From Candidatus Brocadiia bacterium (GTDB taxonomy: Bacteria > Planctomycetota > Brocadiia > SM23-32), in the NCBI GenBank assembly GCA_046538485.1, contig JBKHIT010000010.1:32001-96000 (forward strand): a stretch of 64,000 nt of DNA. The letters are read 5' to 3'. The position numbers and the translations under genes were made by a program. This document shows positions 38,885 to 48,740 of this stretch, one piece after another. The stretch's first letter is position 1, and each line of letters opens with the position of its first letter. The notes beneath the pieces are model-generated. The model saw only the letters and a program-made list of their open reading frames with translations. It had not been told where the DNA came from and did no database searches.

Positions 38885-40651
38885 ATGAACGCAAAAAACC
38901 CTAACGTTATTATTGTTATCACCGATGATCAGGGATACGGTGACCTGGGTTGTCACGGCAACCCCGTGGCGCATACACCCGAGATGGATGCACTTCACGA
39001 CGAAAGTATCCGCTTGACCGATTTCCACGCTGCCCCGATGTGCACCCCAACCCGTGGACAGTTGTTCTCCGGGCTGGATGCGGCCCGAAACGGGGCTGTC
39101 AATGTGAGCAGCGGACGGTCTCTGCTGCGGCCCGATCTCACGACAATGGCCGAGGTTTTCAAAAGCAACGGCTACCGCACCGGCATGTTCGGCAAATGGC
39201 ACCTCGGGGATAACTACCCATATCGACCCCAGGATCGTGGTTTCGAAGAATCACTGTGGTTCCCCTCCTCTCATATCAGCTCTCTGCCCGATTACTGGGA
39301 AAACGACTATTTCGACGACGTTTATTGCCACAACGGTGTTCGAGAACGGCACGAGGGATATTGCACCAGCGTGTTTTTCCAGGAAGCCATGGAGTGGATG
39401 AAACAGCGCATCGACGCCCGCGAACCTTTCCTCACGTATCTGCCAACCAACGCTCCTCATGCCCCGCTATGGGTCCCCCCCGAGGACCGAGAGCTGATTG
39501 AGGCTGAATTTGAGAAAAACGAGTCTCTTCTGCCCGCTCTGGAGGACGATCTCCGAACGAGGGTGATCCGATTCCTGGCAATGATCCATAACGTGGACCG
39601 GCATCTTGGGCAATTGAGAGATCTTCTGAAGAAAGAAGGCGCCAAACGTAATACAGTTCTCCTGTTTATGACTGATAACGGAAGCACTTTTGGGCCTGCC
39701 TACTACAACGCCGGTATGCGTGGGGCAAAATGTGAACTGTGGGAAGGGGGACATCGCGTGCCCTGTTTTTTCCACTGGCCCGAAGGCAATTTCGGCGAAC
39801 CCCGGGATGTCAGCGGCCTGACACAGGTGCAGGACATTCTTCCAACGCTGGTGGACATCTGTGATCTGCAGTGGAACGACGGGCCGGAGCTGGACGGGAT
39901 AAGCCTGGCTCCCGCGCTGCGTGGAGAGAAACCGGTGCCGGAGGAAAGGATGCTACCTGTTAATTACAGTCGCATGCCGGGGAAACTGGATTATCCTTCC
40001 CCGGAAAGTCCCTCCGTCGTACGTCGGGATGGAGCGGCCGTGCTCTGGAAACGCTGGCGGCTGCTCCGAGGAACTGAGCTGTATAACCTCGAGGATGATC
40101 CGGAGCAACAGGAGAATGTCATCGAGCAACATCCGGATGTGGCCAATAAAATGCGTGAGTATCTCGATGAATGGTGGGAAAGTGTCGAACCTCAGGCCAA
40201 CCAGGTTCAGCGGATCATCATCGGCAGCGAAAATGAAAATCCCCTGATGTTGTCCGCCTGCGAGTGGAGAGACGTGTTCGTCGACCAACAGCGCCAGGTT
40301 CGGGTCGGGGTGCGAAAGAACAGCTACTGGCACCTCGAGGTCGAACAAGCCGGCAACTACACTTTTGAACTCCGTCGCTGGCCACAGGAAAGCGGGCTGA
40401 AACTCAGGGATGCATGTTCGGCAACGACCCTGACCGACGGTGAGATGCGTGAAGGCGTTCCCCTGCCGATCGCCCGGGCACGGATGTTGATCGATGGCCG
40501 GTGGCATGAACAGGACTTAGAGGATGACGCCGAGGCTGCCGTGTTTTCCGTCGAACTCAATCCGGGTCCAACCCTCTTGCACACCTGGTTTGACGATGAG
40601 TGGGGCCAGCCCCTCTGTGGAGCGTATTACGTATACGTAACACGTTGTTAA
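38885..40651 (+). CDS. Arylsulfatase (formylglycine-dependent, S1 family), no obvious signal peptide
   Basis: PNVIIVITDDQGYGD, CTPTR, FGKWHLG, APHAP, TDNG, K..LWEGGHRVP, LYNL..DP.Q. Confidence 0.92.
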   Translation: MNAKNPNVIIVITDDQGYGDLGCHGNPVAHTPEMDALHDESIRLTDFHAAPMCTPTRGQLFSGLDAARNGAVNVSSGRSLLRPDLTTMAEVFKSNGYRTGMFGKWHLGDNYPYRPQDRGFEESLWFPSSHISSLPDYWENDYFDDVYCHNGVRERHEGYCTSVFFQEAMEWMKQRIDAREPFLTYLPTNAPHAPLWVPPEDRELIEAEFEKNESLLPALEDDLRTRVIRFLAMIHNVDRHLGQLRDLLKKEGAKRNTVLLFMTDNGSTFGPAYYNAGMRGAKCELWEGGHRVPCFFHWPEGNFGEPRDVSGLTQVQDILPTLVDICDLQWNDGPELDGISLAPALRGEKPVPEERMLPVNYSRMPGKLDYPSPESPSVVRRDGAAVLWKRWRLLRGTELYNLEDDPEQQENVIEQHPDVANKMREYLDEWWESVEPQANQVQRIIIGSENENPLMLSACEWRDVFVDQQRQVRVGVRKNSYWHLEVEQAGNYTFELRRWPQESGLKLRDACSATTLTDGEMREGVPLPIARARMLIDGRWHEQDLEDDAEAAVFSVELNPGPTLLHTWFDDEWGQPLCGAYYVYVTRC

Positions 40652-40765
40652 ATGGGGTTAAGCCACTAACAGGATAGCCGCCAGGTGGACACCCGGTGAA
40701 CCACTTTGTTGCGTGGCCCGTATCGCAGGCTTCCAGCCTGCGCGCCGAAGGGGGGAGAGCGCGCC

Positions 40766-40866
40766 AAGCGGGACTTGAATCGGACAAAGCAAAAATGCTT
40801 GAAAGTTCCAAGGAACTCGGCCGCGTTCTGAACTCCAGCCTCCGGCTGAAGTCCAGTTTGCTCCGG
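40766..40866 (-). repeat. Dispersed repeat family A, short copy
   Basis: Reverse complement ACTGGACTTCAGCCGGAGGCTGGAGTTCAGAACGCGG...AGTTC.TTGGAA.TTTCAAGC matches the 22 kb and 25 kb copies. Confidence 0.75.
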
Positions 40867-40946
40867 GAAATGCTTCGCCTTTCTATCTTATCTTTCTACG
40901 TAATCTGCCATTCGCTTTCCAGCGATTCGCAGGAGGTAACGTCGAG

Positions 40947-41960
40947 TTAGAGCGATCGCCCGAGCGCCTCGGCAACTCCACGCAGTTCGCACATCAGTTT
41001 TCCGAATCCGTCCAGTGTGAGCGACTGGCCTCCATCGACAAGAGCCTGTTCGGGGTTTGGATGGGTTTCCACCAGTAGGCCATCGGCTCCAGCGGCGATT
41101 CCAGCGCGCGCCAGCGCGGCCACCAGACTGCGTTGCCCGGCTGAATGGCTGGGATCCACGATAACGGGCAAATGCGTCGCCTGTTTAAGGTATGCAAGAG
41201 CTCCGATCGACAGTGTGTAGCGGGTCTGCTGCTCGAAAGTTCGGATACCGCGGAGACACAGAATGACCTCGGCGTTACCGTTTTTCAAAACATATTCGGC
41301 GGCAAGCAGAAGTTCATCCACCGTGGCGCTGATCCCCCGTTTCAGCAGAACGGGTTTATCGGTCTTACCGACTTCCTCCAGCAGGACATAATTCTGCATG
41401 TTCCGGGCCCCGATCTGGAGCACATCCGCGCATTCAGCCACTTCTTCCACATCGCGGGGCGCCAGCACCTCGGTCACCACAGGCAACCCCGTTTCTTCCC
41501 GCACGCTTGAGAGTATTTCCAGTCCTTTTCCCTGCAATCCCTGGAAGCTGTACGGGCTTGTGCGGGGTTTGTAGGCTCCCCCTCGGAGCGCCACGGCCCC
41601 GGCAGCTTTCACGCTTCGCGCCGCCTGCATCATCTGTTCCTCACTCTCCACAGCGCACGGGCCAGCAATTACCGCGATACGGTTCCCGCCGACCACCTGC
41701 CCGTCGATGTGCACACGCGTGGCGTGATCGGAGATTTCCTGACTGGCCAATTTGTAGCGAGACAGAATCGGCACAATGCGTTCCACTCCCGGCGTCGCCA
41801 GCCAGTAATCTTCGGGGATCTCACGTTTATCACCAATAGCTGCTATGACATTCCGTTTTTCTCCCCGCAGGAGAATGGCTTCCAATCCTTTTTCTTCCAC
41901 ACGGTCGATCGCATGGTGGATTTTATCTTCGTCCGCGTTCTGTTCCATGACAATTATCAT
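40947..41960 (-). CDS. aroF: DAHP synthase type I-beta with N-terminal ACT-like regulatory domain
   Basis: MIIVM.. ACT-like N-terminus, IAGPCAVES, RGGAYKPRTSPYSFQG, QIGARNMQN, LLKRG, DPSHSAG. Confidence 0.93.
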   Translation of the reverse strand: MIIVMEQNADEDKIHHAIDRVEEKGLEAILLRGEKRNVIAAIGDKREIPEDYWLATPGVERIVPILSRYKLASQEISDHATRVHIDGQVVGGNRIAVIAGPCAVESEEQMMQAARSVKAAGAVALRGGAYKPRTSPYSFQGLQGKGLEILSSVREETGLPVVTEVLAPRDVEEVAECADVLQIGARNMQNYVLLEEVGKTDKPVLLKRGISATVDELLLAAEYVLKNGNAEVILCLRGIRTFEQQTRYTLSIGALAYLKQATHLPVIVDPSHSAGQRSLVAALARAGIAAGADGLLVETHPNPEQALVDGGQSLTLDGFGKLMCELRGVAEALGRSL

Positions 41961-42025
41961 TTTCTGTCTCTCCTTACTTCGCTCTTCCTGAGCGCCCGGT
42001 GTACCAACCGGCTTTGAATTGCAAC

Positions 42026-42057
42026 AAAAAAACCCCGAAGCCAGCTGACTTCGGGGT
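42026..42057 (-). terminator. Intrinsic terminator (attenuator) upstream of aroF
   Basis: Minus strand ACCCCGAAGTCA-GC-TGGCTTCGGGGT followed by a U-tract; lies between leader peptide and aroF start. Confidence 0.88.
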
Positions 42058-42092
42058 AATAAATTGAAATCTCTCGTCAGGCTAATTACGGT

Positions 42093-42218
42093 TTACCCGC
42101 CGGCCAGCCTCCTTCCCTGAGGGGCAAAATAAAAATACCAAAACGCAAAGTATCGGCCCGCACGTACGGACTCACCGTACGCAACACTTTCAGGGGCGAT
42201 TTCTCTGTGTTCTGGCAT
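42093..42218 (-). CDS. aroF attenuator leader peptide, 41 aa: MPEHREIAPESVAYGESVRAGRYFAFWYFYFAPQGRRLAGG
   Basis: Hand-translated; SD GAGAGG 6 nt before ATG 42218; 8 of 9 consecutive codons aromatic; stop TAA at 42095-42093. Confidence 0.85.
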   Translation of the reverse strand: MPEHREIAPESVAYGESVRAGRYFAFWYFYFAPQGRRLAGG

Positions 42219-42253
42219 ACAATACCTCTCAATCAGAAGACCAACCACTTTCA

Positions 42254-42282
42254 ATCCTAGCGAAAGAAACGTCGTTTGTCAA
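42254..42282 (-). promoter_or_regulatory. sigma70 promoter of the leader-aroF unit
   Basis: TTGACA (42282-42277), 17 nt spacer, TAGGAT (42259-42254). Confidence 0.75.
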
Positions 42283-42299
42283 GGGTTTTGGGGAATAAG

Positions 42300-42606
42300 G
42301 TTTCCTTCGGAAAAGTCTTTTAAAGGCTGTCGTAATATAAACATCATGTTTAGTATCAATCATTCTGTAAACTTGCAACCGTGTTTATCGACCGCGTATC
42401 CTGCAGACTCGAGTTCAGCTGACCACGCACCAGCGGGCGAAACGGGACTTAAAGTGGGTAAATGCCGGAAAATGCCAGGTGGCTGTAGGCCCGCATCGCC
42501 GAGGTGGACCTGCCGTTCGTTGTTGGTCTTTTTTCTGCGAGGCCTGCGGGCTTTTGCGCCGCGTTCTGAACTCCAGCCTCCGACTGAAGTCCAGTCCGCT
42601 CGCGGG
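42300..42606 (-). repeat. Dispersed repeat family A, long copy
   Basis: Reverse complement colinear with ~25013-25317. Confidence 0.85.
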
Positions 42607-42907
42607 GCCTGGAAAGTAAGCTTGTTCCACTTCTCTTTTCGGCTTTTGGCACGCCCGGACTCCAGCAGAATTCCCCCACATTCCCGAGCGCTGCTCGGCA
42701 CAAACTCCTCTCGACAAACCGTTTATTCCTCCCCGGAACGATTTCCCATCCAATTGGCGACATTTGACATAGAGCTTCCGTGCAGTAGCATGTTGACAAC
42801 TTTTATGCCAGGCGGCGCTATGAGCATGTTTTGATCCAGAAAAAAGCCTGCCCGGAACTCGCTTAGCTCCGCGCACCCAGCGTCGAGACTCCAGATAGGG
42901 GAAAATT

Positions 42908-45900
42908 ATGGGACGTCTGCTCTCGTGCCGAAGGCTGTGGACGTATTTCATTCTGTCTTGCTGTCTGTTTCCCTTCAGCCTCTCTTGCGCCGCCCGACCG
43001 ACCGAGTTTACGGCTCGGCCCCAAGCTACGCTCGCAAAACTGCCGATGGCTCCCGAACAAACCAGGGCTGCATGGTCCGTCACGGGCAAGCTTGCGCCGG
43101 GGGAAGATGATATCCTCGGTAGTAAAACTTACGATGTGCTGGCCAGAGCTCGACTCGCGCTGCGTTCGGTTCAGGACTTTTCCGGCGCCTACACAGTGGA
43201 AGCTCTGGTGCGTTTCCCGGCAGCCTCGGGAAGACGTGGCCGCTCGGGGAACGCAAAACTCCGATGCGGAGTTACCCGGGAAGGTAAAAAAGTATCTTGG
43301 GACTGCCAGCTGTTTACCGCATGTGTAGGAAGGGCCGGATTTCGCGCCTCGGCACAGCTCAAACCGCACATCTTCAGTTCTCTGAATAACGGCTTACCCC
43401 ATCCGTTCAGAAGAAACGTGACCGCGCGTGAACGTTTCTCCGCAGATAAAATCTCCCCCGTCTGGCGCGAGCCGTTTCGCATCGAAGTGGAAAACGGCAT
43501 GGCGGCGCTTCCGCCCGCAAAGGAACTGTGGCGCCGCATGCGCATCGAGATCCGCCCGGGCGCCGTACGATTTTTTCTCGACGGTTTTCTCGTTGCGGCC
43601 TGTGATGATACGGGAGACGTGAAAGGCAAAGTTGATCTCATCGTGACCGGCGAGGCGCGCGTAGCATCCATCGAGGTCCAGAAACTCGAACAGGAAGAAG
43701 AACCGTTCATCCCCGTGCCCCTCGACTCAGTTTGCAACGCCACCGGCCCGGTGGATCTCGCATCGCTGCCGAGCGCCGGACAGGTGGCCGTGGCAGAGGG
43801 GATTCCGTTTGTCTTCCCACATAAAATGTCGCGCGGCGACCATGTTGACGTCGGCCAGAGCCTGTTTCGCTATCGCATGGAACGCGGCTACCGGCCGGCA
43901 GCTCAGCCCCGCTCAACCTGGCCGGATCCCGCCCGGCTCGACCCCGCCAGGATCATGCTCCGCGTGCCGAACAAAACCTACAGGCGCCTGTGGATCGTCG
44001 CCGCGTCCGACGGAGAACCAAACAGCACGCCCGTGCTGACCGTCCGGTTCTTCCGGGTCGCCAGGGGGTGGGGATTAGATTCGGTCGCGCGCGTCCCGGA
44101 ATTCACCGCCCGCACAGCAGCGGAGGACGCGCGCCGCATTCCCGTCAAAATGAAGGACGGCACCGAAGGAAACCTGTGGCTGCTACCCGTAGAAATCGAC
44201 CCTTTCGCGCTGTCATCCGATTTTCGCAACGAGAAGCTTCTGCACATCGAGCTGACGAAAGAAATTAAGGACTTCCGCGCGTTTCCGGATCCGTGTAACT
44301 ACGGCTCCTTCCAGGCCGGCTTGCCGAGCGCCGTGCGCGTTTATGCGCTGACTCTCGAGAAAGCTCCGATCTCCGTCATTGCCTCCTGCCCCCGCGCGGG
44401 AAATACCTACACCCATCCGGAGCGGCCGAAATGGGCCGTGACGGCCACCAACCAGACAGACCGCGCATGCACTGCGAATATCCAGGTTAAAATACGGGGT
44501 CCGCAAACCGCGGGACAAAACTTCGAAAAATCGGATACCGACCACACACGGCGGACAACGCTTTCCATACCGGCCGGTGGACGGACACGCGCGGAATTTG
44601 ACCTGCCCGTCCCCGCGTGGGGGCTCCAAAGGATCTCGACATCCGTCAGTTGCGCTGACTTGACTCAGACCCGCGAGGGCACTTACCTTGTTCTGCCGCC
44701 GGACGAACGTAAGGAAAACGCCAAAACCAGCCGCTGGGGACTCTGGTGCTGGATGGGGGCCCACGGCACCAACCCAAATGTGGACGATAACCTCCGACTT
44801 CTTTACCAGCTCGGGGCCCGTACGGGGGGCCGGGGTAACCACAAAGACCGCAAACGATGGGGAATTGGTCCAGATGCCATCCTCGCCCAACGCGGCACTG
44901 CTTCTTTTGCCACTGAGAACCCACACGACCCTGAGGAATATAAAAAATACAGTGAGACGTTCGGCCAGAAGGTCGCCGGGCTCAAGGAAAAGACCCCCGA
45001 CCTCGAATATATCAGCATCTTCGCCGAGCACAGCATCTCGCTGCGGGTGACCCACGGACCGCCATGCTACGCCTGGGGGGAGGAAGAATGGTGGGAATAC
45101 AACGAGAAGGAAAAGGCGCGTATCCGAAGCCACACCCTCGCCGCGAAAGCCGCCTTCGAAGGCGTCCGTAAATACGCCCCAAAGGTAAAGGTGTGTTTCG
45201 GCCACTGTGCACCGCAATTTGGAATACCTTTTATGCGCAAGAATTTCCCGAAAGAACTGTTCGATGCCTTCGGGATGGACAGCCCACAATTCGAGCGTAT
45301 GCCGGAGCGCCCACCACGGGCCGTCGAGCCCAATCTGTTGTACTTCATGGACCAGGAAATGAAGAACTGGGGCTACGAAGGCAAAGAACGGGTGCACCTG
45401 GAATCGTATTTTCCGTCCAGCCACCGGCTGGCGCTTGGACATCGCGTGGCAGCGGACCACATCGTGCGCACAGCGGTCCTATCGCTGGCGCTGGGCAGCG
45501 ACCGCTTTCTTAGCTGCTGGTCGCTGCACGACTGCGAGGACTACTGGGGCACCCAGCATTACGGGTGTGTCGGGCTGATCGGGCGTGGGCCTGAGTTCAA
45601 CCCGAAACCAGGCGCCGCAGCATTCGCCACGATGACGCAGTTGCTCGACTCATGCCAGTACGATGGCTGGCTGCCGACCGGCTCACGCTCGGTTTACTGC
45701 GTGCGTTTTAAAGGGCCGAAACGCCGTGTCTACTGTCTGTGGACGGTGCGTGGAAGACGGAGCATAACTCTGGATGCAACGCCGGAAACCGAGCTGACAG
45801 TTCTTGATGAGAACAGCAATGAGATTCCAGATCCCCCCGTGTTAACCCCCACACCGGTATGGATTATCGCAAGGGGAGGCAAAATCAAAAGCGCCCGGGT

Positions 45901-47014
45901 GAACCCGGCAGGAAAAGCAGGGGGAACTCCCGCTTCCAGCGAAAAATCATCTCCGCACCGGATACCGCTTGAAAATTTTGAGAACTTCCACTGGACCTCC
46001 AGCTCCAAACCCTACCCGCGCTTTGCAGAGAACCACTGGGATGTGCGTCGATATTCCGCCACAATGGATTCGGAGACGGTCATCTCCAGCCAGCGTGATG
46101 GCTCGAAAGTCTGGCGCCTGACGCTAAACGAGGCGCCCAAAAAGAAGCCCTTCGTCGGCTGGTACCAGGTCTTCACCCCGCCGAAACCAATCCTCATCCC
46201 CGGCAGGGCAGAGGCTCTTGGTATATGGGCAAACGGCAACTCGGGCTGGGGACGGATCGTCTATGAAGTGGTCGATGCAAAGGGCGAAACTTACCTGAGC
46301 TGCGGCACAAAGGATGCATGGAACTGCGACGACGTGCATTCCTGGTCGTATTTCAATTTCGACGGCTGGCGCTACATGGAATTCCCGCTCCCCTCGAACG
46401 AGCCCGGCGATAACTACCGCGATGCAGATTACGTGTGGTGGGGACATGATGGCGAAGGAATCGTTGACCTGCCGCTGAAATTATCCAAAATCATCATCGA
46501 AATGCCCACGCACCAGATCTACGTCGATCAGGTGCTGCCGGTTGACAATCTGAAAATTGAGTTGGACGACCTGATTGCCGTGTATGGTAGCGCGAAGATG
46601 ATGACCGAGGCACCCATTAAGATTCAGCGGGCAGCTGCCAGAACTCAAAAAATTGAAGCGCGAGGCACGATCCTGTCCAACCCGCTCGAAGATCTGAAAA
46701 AGAATGGCATCGGCAACCCCACAAAAATCGTAAAACTCTACCCGCCCGAGGAACGACACGATGGAACGCGCGTCCACGTGTCCATTGAACCCGTTGGTGG
46801 CGCGAAACAATACCAGGTATGGGTCTCAGCCTATCCGGACGGACGCGGCGCACAGATACTGGCGCGCACGAAAGACACCGAGCCGCTTGTCAGACGCCTG
46901 CGCCCAAGCGTGCCGTTCTATTTCTTCGTGACTTACAAGGATGCCGACGGCAAAACCTCGAAACCTTCACCCGCACGGAAGACTGTGCTCAAAGACGAAT
47001 TCCCCATGAAATAG
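42908..47014 (+). CDS. Giant secreted hypothetical protein (1368 aa), possibly carbohydrate-active
   Basis: Signal-peptide-like N-terminus; Trp/Tyr-rich beta domains; central segment ending YG..GL.......PKP...AFATMT..L reminiscent of clan GH-A barrel ends; no firm family. Confidence 0.65.
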   Translation: MGRLLSCRRLWTYFILSCCLFPFSLSCAARPTEFTARPQATLAKLPMAPEQTRAAWSVTGKLAPGEDDILGSKTYDVLARARLALRSVQDFSGAYTVEALVRFPAASGRRGRSGNAKLRCGVTREGKKVSWDCQLFTACVGRAGFRASAQLKPHIFSSLNNGLPHPFRRNVTARERFSADKISPVWREPFRIEVENGMAALPPAKELWRRMRIEIRPGAVRFFLDGFLVAACDDTGDVKGKVDLIVTGEARVASIEVQKLEQEEEPFIPVPLDSVCNATGPVDLASLPSAGQVAVAEGIPFVFPHKMSRGDHVDVGQSLFRYRMERGYRPAAQPRSTWPDPARLDPARIMLRVPNKTYRRLWIVAASDGEPNSTPVLTVRFFRVARGWGLDSVARVPEFTARTAAEDARRIPVKMKDGTEGNLWLLPVEIDPFALSSDFRNEKLLHIELTKEIKDFRAFPDPCNYGSFQAGLPSAVRVYALTLEKAPISVIASCPRAGNTYTHPERPKWAVTATNQTDRACTANIQVKIRGPQTAGQNFEKSDTDHTRRTTLSIPAGGRTRAEFDLPVPAWGLQRISTSVSCADLTQTREGTYLVLPPDERKENAKTSRWGLWCWMGAHGTNPNVDDNLRLLYQLGARTGGRGNHKDRKRWGIGPDAILAQRGTASFATENPHDPEEYKKYSETFGQKVAGLKEKTPDLEYISIFAEHSISLRVTHGPPCYAWGEEEWWEYNEKEKARIRSHTLAAKAAFEGVRKYAPKVKVCFGHCAPQFGIPFMRKNFPKELFDAFGMDSPQFERMPERPPRAVEPNLLYFMDQEMKNWGYEGKERVHLESYFPSSHRLALGHRVAADHIVRTAVLSLALGSDRFLSCWSLHDCEDYWGTQHYGCVGLIGRGPEFNPKPGAAAFATMTQLLDSCQYDGWLPTGSRSVYCVRFKGPKRRVYCLWTVRGRRSITLDATPETELTVLDENSNEIPDPPVLTPTPVWIIARGGKIKSARVNPAGKAGGTPASSEKSSPHRIPLENFENFHWTSSSKPYPRFAENHWDVRRYSATMDSETVISSQRDGSKVWRLTLNEAPKKKPFVGWYQVFTPPKPILIPGRAEALGIWANGNSGWGRIVYEVVDAKGETYLSCGTKDAWNCDDVHSWSYFNFDGWRYMEFPLPSNEPGDNYRDADYVWWGHDGEGIVDLPLKLSKIIIEMPTHQIYVDQVLPVDNLKIELDDLIAVYGSAKMMTEAPIKIQRAAARTQKIEARGTILSNPLEDLKKNGIGNPTKIVKLYPPEERHDGTRVHVSIEPVGGAKQYQVWVSAYPDGRGAQILARTKDTEPLVRRLRPSVPFYFFVTYKDADGKTSKPSPARKTVLKDEFPMK

Positions 47015-47042
47015 CCACCTGGTTTTTCCGTGTTACGGCTGG

Positions 47043-47139
47043 CCCGGATTTTTTGGCATAGAAGCGCTTTCAACGGTATCCAGAAAACAAGAGTCCTGCG
47101 ATTTGCAATAATCGGCTCATTTTATCCGTAAAATCCGGG
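47043..47139. mobile_element. MITE-like element family B, copy 2 (97 bp)
   Basis: TIRs CCCGGATTTT...AAAATCCGGG; homologous to 12190-12285 in opposite orientation. Confidence 0.75.
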
Positions 47140-47297
47140 CCAGTAGTGTATGACAATTGAATCTATGAGTCAGGCGCAATGACCATATAGCAGTTCAAAA
47201 TGTCATTGCGAATGGGCGGAGCCTTCGCGGCAATCTCGCTGTTTGGTGACGTCGTCCGCCCCCGTTTCCGCGAAAATCAAAAGTCTTGAACCACTGG
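47140..47297. repeat. Repeat family D element with imperfect inverted ends, carrying a GTCATTGCGA...GCAATC REP-like motif
   Basis: Left end CCAGTAGTGTATGACAATTGAATCTATG resembles 53502 CCAGTGGTCCATGACAGTTGATTTTATG; right end reads CCAGTGGTTC-N7-TTGATTTT on the minus strand. Confidence 0.5.
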
Positions 47298-47351
47298 TTT
47301 CGATTCAGTCGTGCTGTCGTGGTCCGAGCATACAAAAACCGGAAACTCAAA

Positions 47352-48740
47352 TCAGCTAATCCATCCGGGCGCCGAATCATCAGGAGTGCCGTAGGCGGCA
47401 AAAACTTTGTTGATCCCGGCGGCAATATTTTGGCAATCTTCTTCAGTATACCACTGGTTGAGAGAAACCGACACCATGCGGTCGAAAAGATCGTCAGCCA
47501 CCGGACATTCACCCCGGTCGTAATTCACCTCCCCGCCACGCTCTTTGTAAATCGGGCATTCAAACGGACAATTAACTTCCGTCGGCCCCTTCTTCAATGT
47601 TATCGGAAACATGTGCGAGTACTGATGCCAATCCGGACCGGCCTCAGGGCCGCGCATCCCACAGCCAATACCTTCAGCATTGAGGGCCTCAACAATTTTG
47701 GCGCCAAGCTCATGAGTTTCGGGATAGAACCGCAGCACATACCCCACTTCCCCGTCAGGATCATTGAGTTTCTGGGGGGTAATCTCCCGGAAACTCTTAA
47801 GATCCTTTAGAATACGTCGTTTCACCGTACGAAAACGGTTCACCGCATCGGAGAGTTTCGTCAGCTGGACGGCATCGATAGCAGCCTCCAGTTCCGACAT
47901 GCGATAATTCAGACCCGGAAAAAGCTCTCTCTGATATCGAGGAACCGCAAACCGCTCTGGCCGCCAGAGCCCGCCGCCTTCGGCCAGCTGGTTTGCGCGT
48001 TGCCAGACTTCTTTATCATTTGTGATCATCAATCCCCCTTCGCCGCCACCAACGATCTTGTACGCTGATATACTGAAACACCCGGCATCGCCGAACGTAC
48101 CGATGGCTTTGCCGTGAAACTCAGCGCCGCATGATTGAGCACAGTCTTCCACCACTTTCAGATCGTGCTCCTCTGCCACTGCCATCACTGATTCCATATC
48201 GCAGACGCTTCCGATCACAGCCGTGGGGGCGATCGCAACGGTCCTCGGTGTAATGCAATCTTCGATTTTTTGCGGATCGATGGACAGGGATTCGTCGACG
48301 TCGCAGAAAACGGGAATTGCTCCCGCCGCGACAACCGCCATGGCCGTGGCCATGAAACCGATCGCCGGGCAGATCACTTCCGTTCCGGGACCTGCGCCGA
48401 CGGCGACAAAGGCTGCGTGGAGGGCCGATGTGCCGGAATTCACGCCAAGCGCATAATCCGTGCCGAAAACCTCCCGCGCCGTTTTTTCAAATTTCTCCAC
48501 ACAGGTTTCTTCAAGACCGGAATAATAATTGGCCAGAAACGGACCGGCGCCCAAATCCTCACCTCTTATGATATCTTCTATCTGCTCGAGAGCGGACTCG
48601 CTGAAACCAAAACGACGCGCAACCGCCATGAATTCTTCGGGCCCTATTTTGGGCTCACCTTTGCCTTCAATACTGCTGACAGCTTTCATTCCTCCCTGAA
48701 GCGCAAGCCGCTGATCTTCCCGGTGGTTTGTCTCAACCAT
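47352..48740 (-). CDS. DegT/DnrJ/EryC1/StrS PLP-dependent aminotransferase
   Basis: NSGTSALH, GAIPVFCDVD, VEDCAQSCGA, FSISAYKIVGGGEGG (PLP lysine), NYRMSEL; SD AGGAG before ATG 48740. Confidence 0.88.
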   Translation of the reverse strand: MVETNHREDQRLALQGGMKAVSSIEGKGEPKIGPEEFMAVARRFGFSESALEQIEDIIRGEDLGAGPFLANYYSGLEETCVEKFEKTAREVFGTDYALGVNSGTSALHAAFVAVGAGPGTEVICPAIGFMATAMAVVAAGAIPVFCDVDESLSIDPQKIEDCITPRTVAIAPTAVIGSVCDMESVMAVAEEHDLKVVEDCAQSCGAEFHGKAIGTFGDAGCFSISAYKIVGGGEGGLMITNDKEVWQRANQLAEGGGLWRPERFAVPRYQRELFPGLNYRMSELEAAIDAVQLTKLSDAVNRFRTVKRRILKDLKSFREITPQKLNDPDGEVGYVLRFYPETHELGAKIVEALNAEGIGCGMRGPEAGPDWHQYSHMFPITLKKGPTEVNCPFECPIYKERGGEVNYDRGECPVADDLFDRMVSVSLNQWYTEEDCQNIAAGINKVFAAYGTPDDSAPGWIS

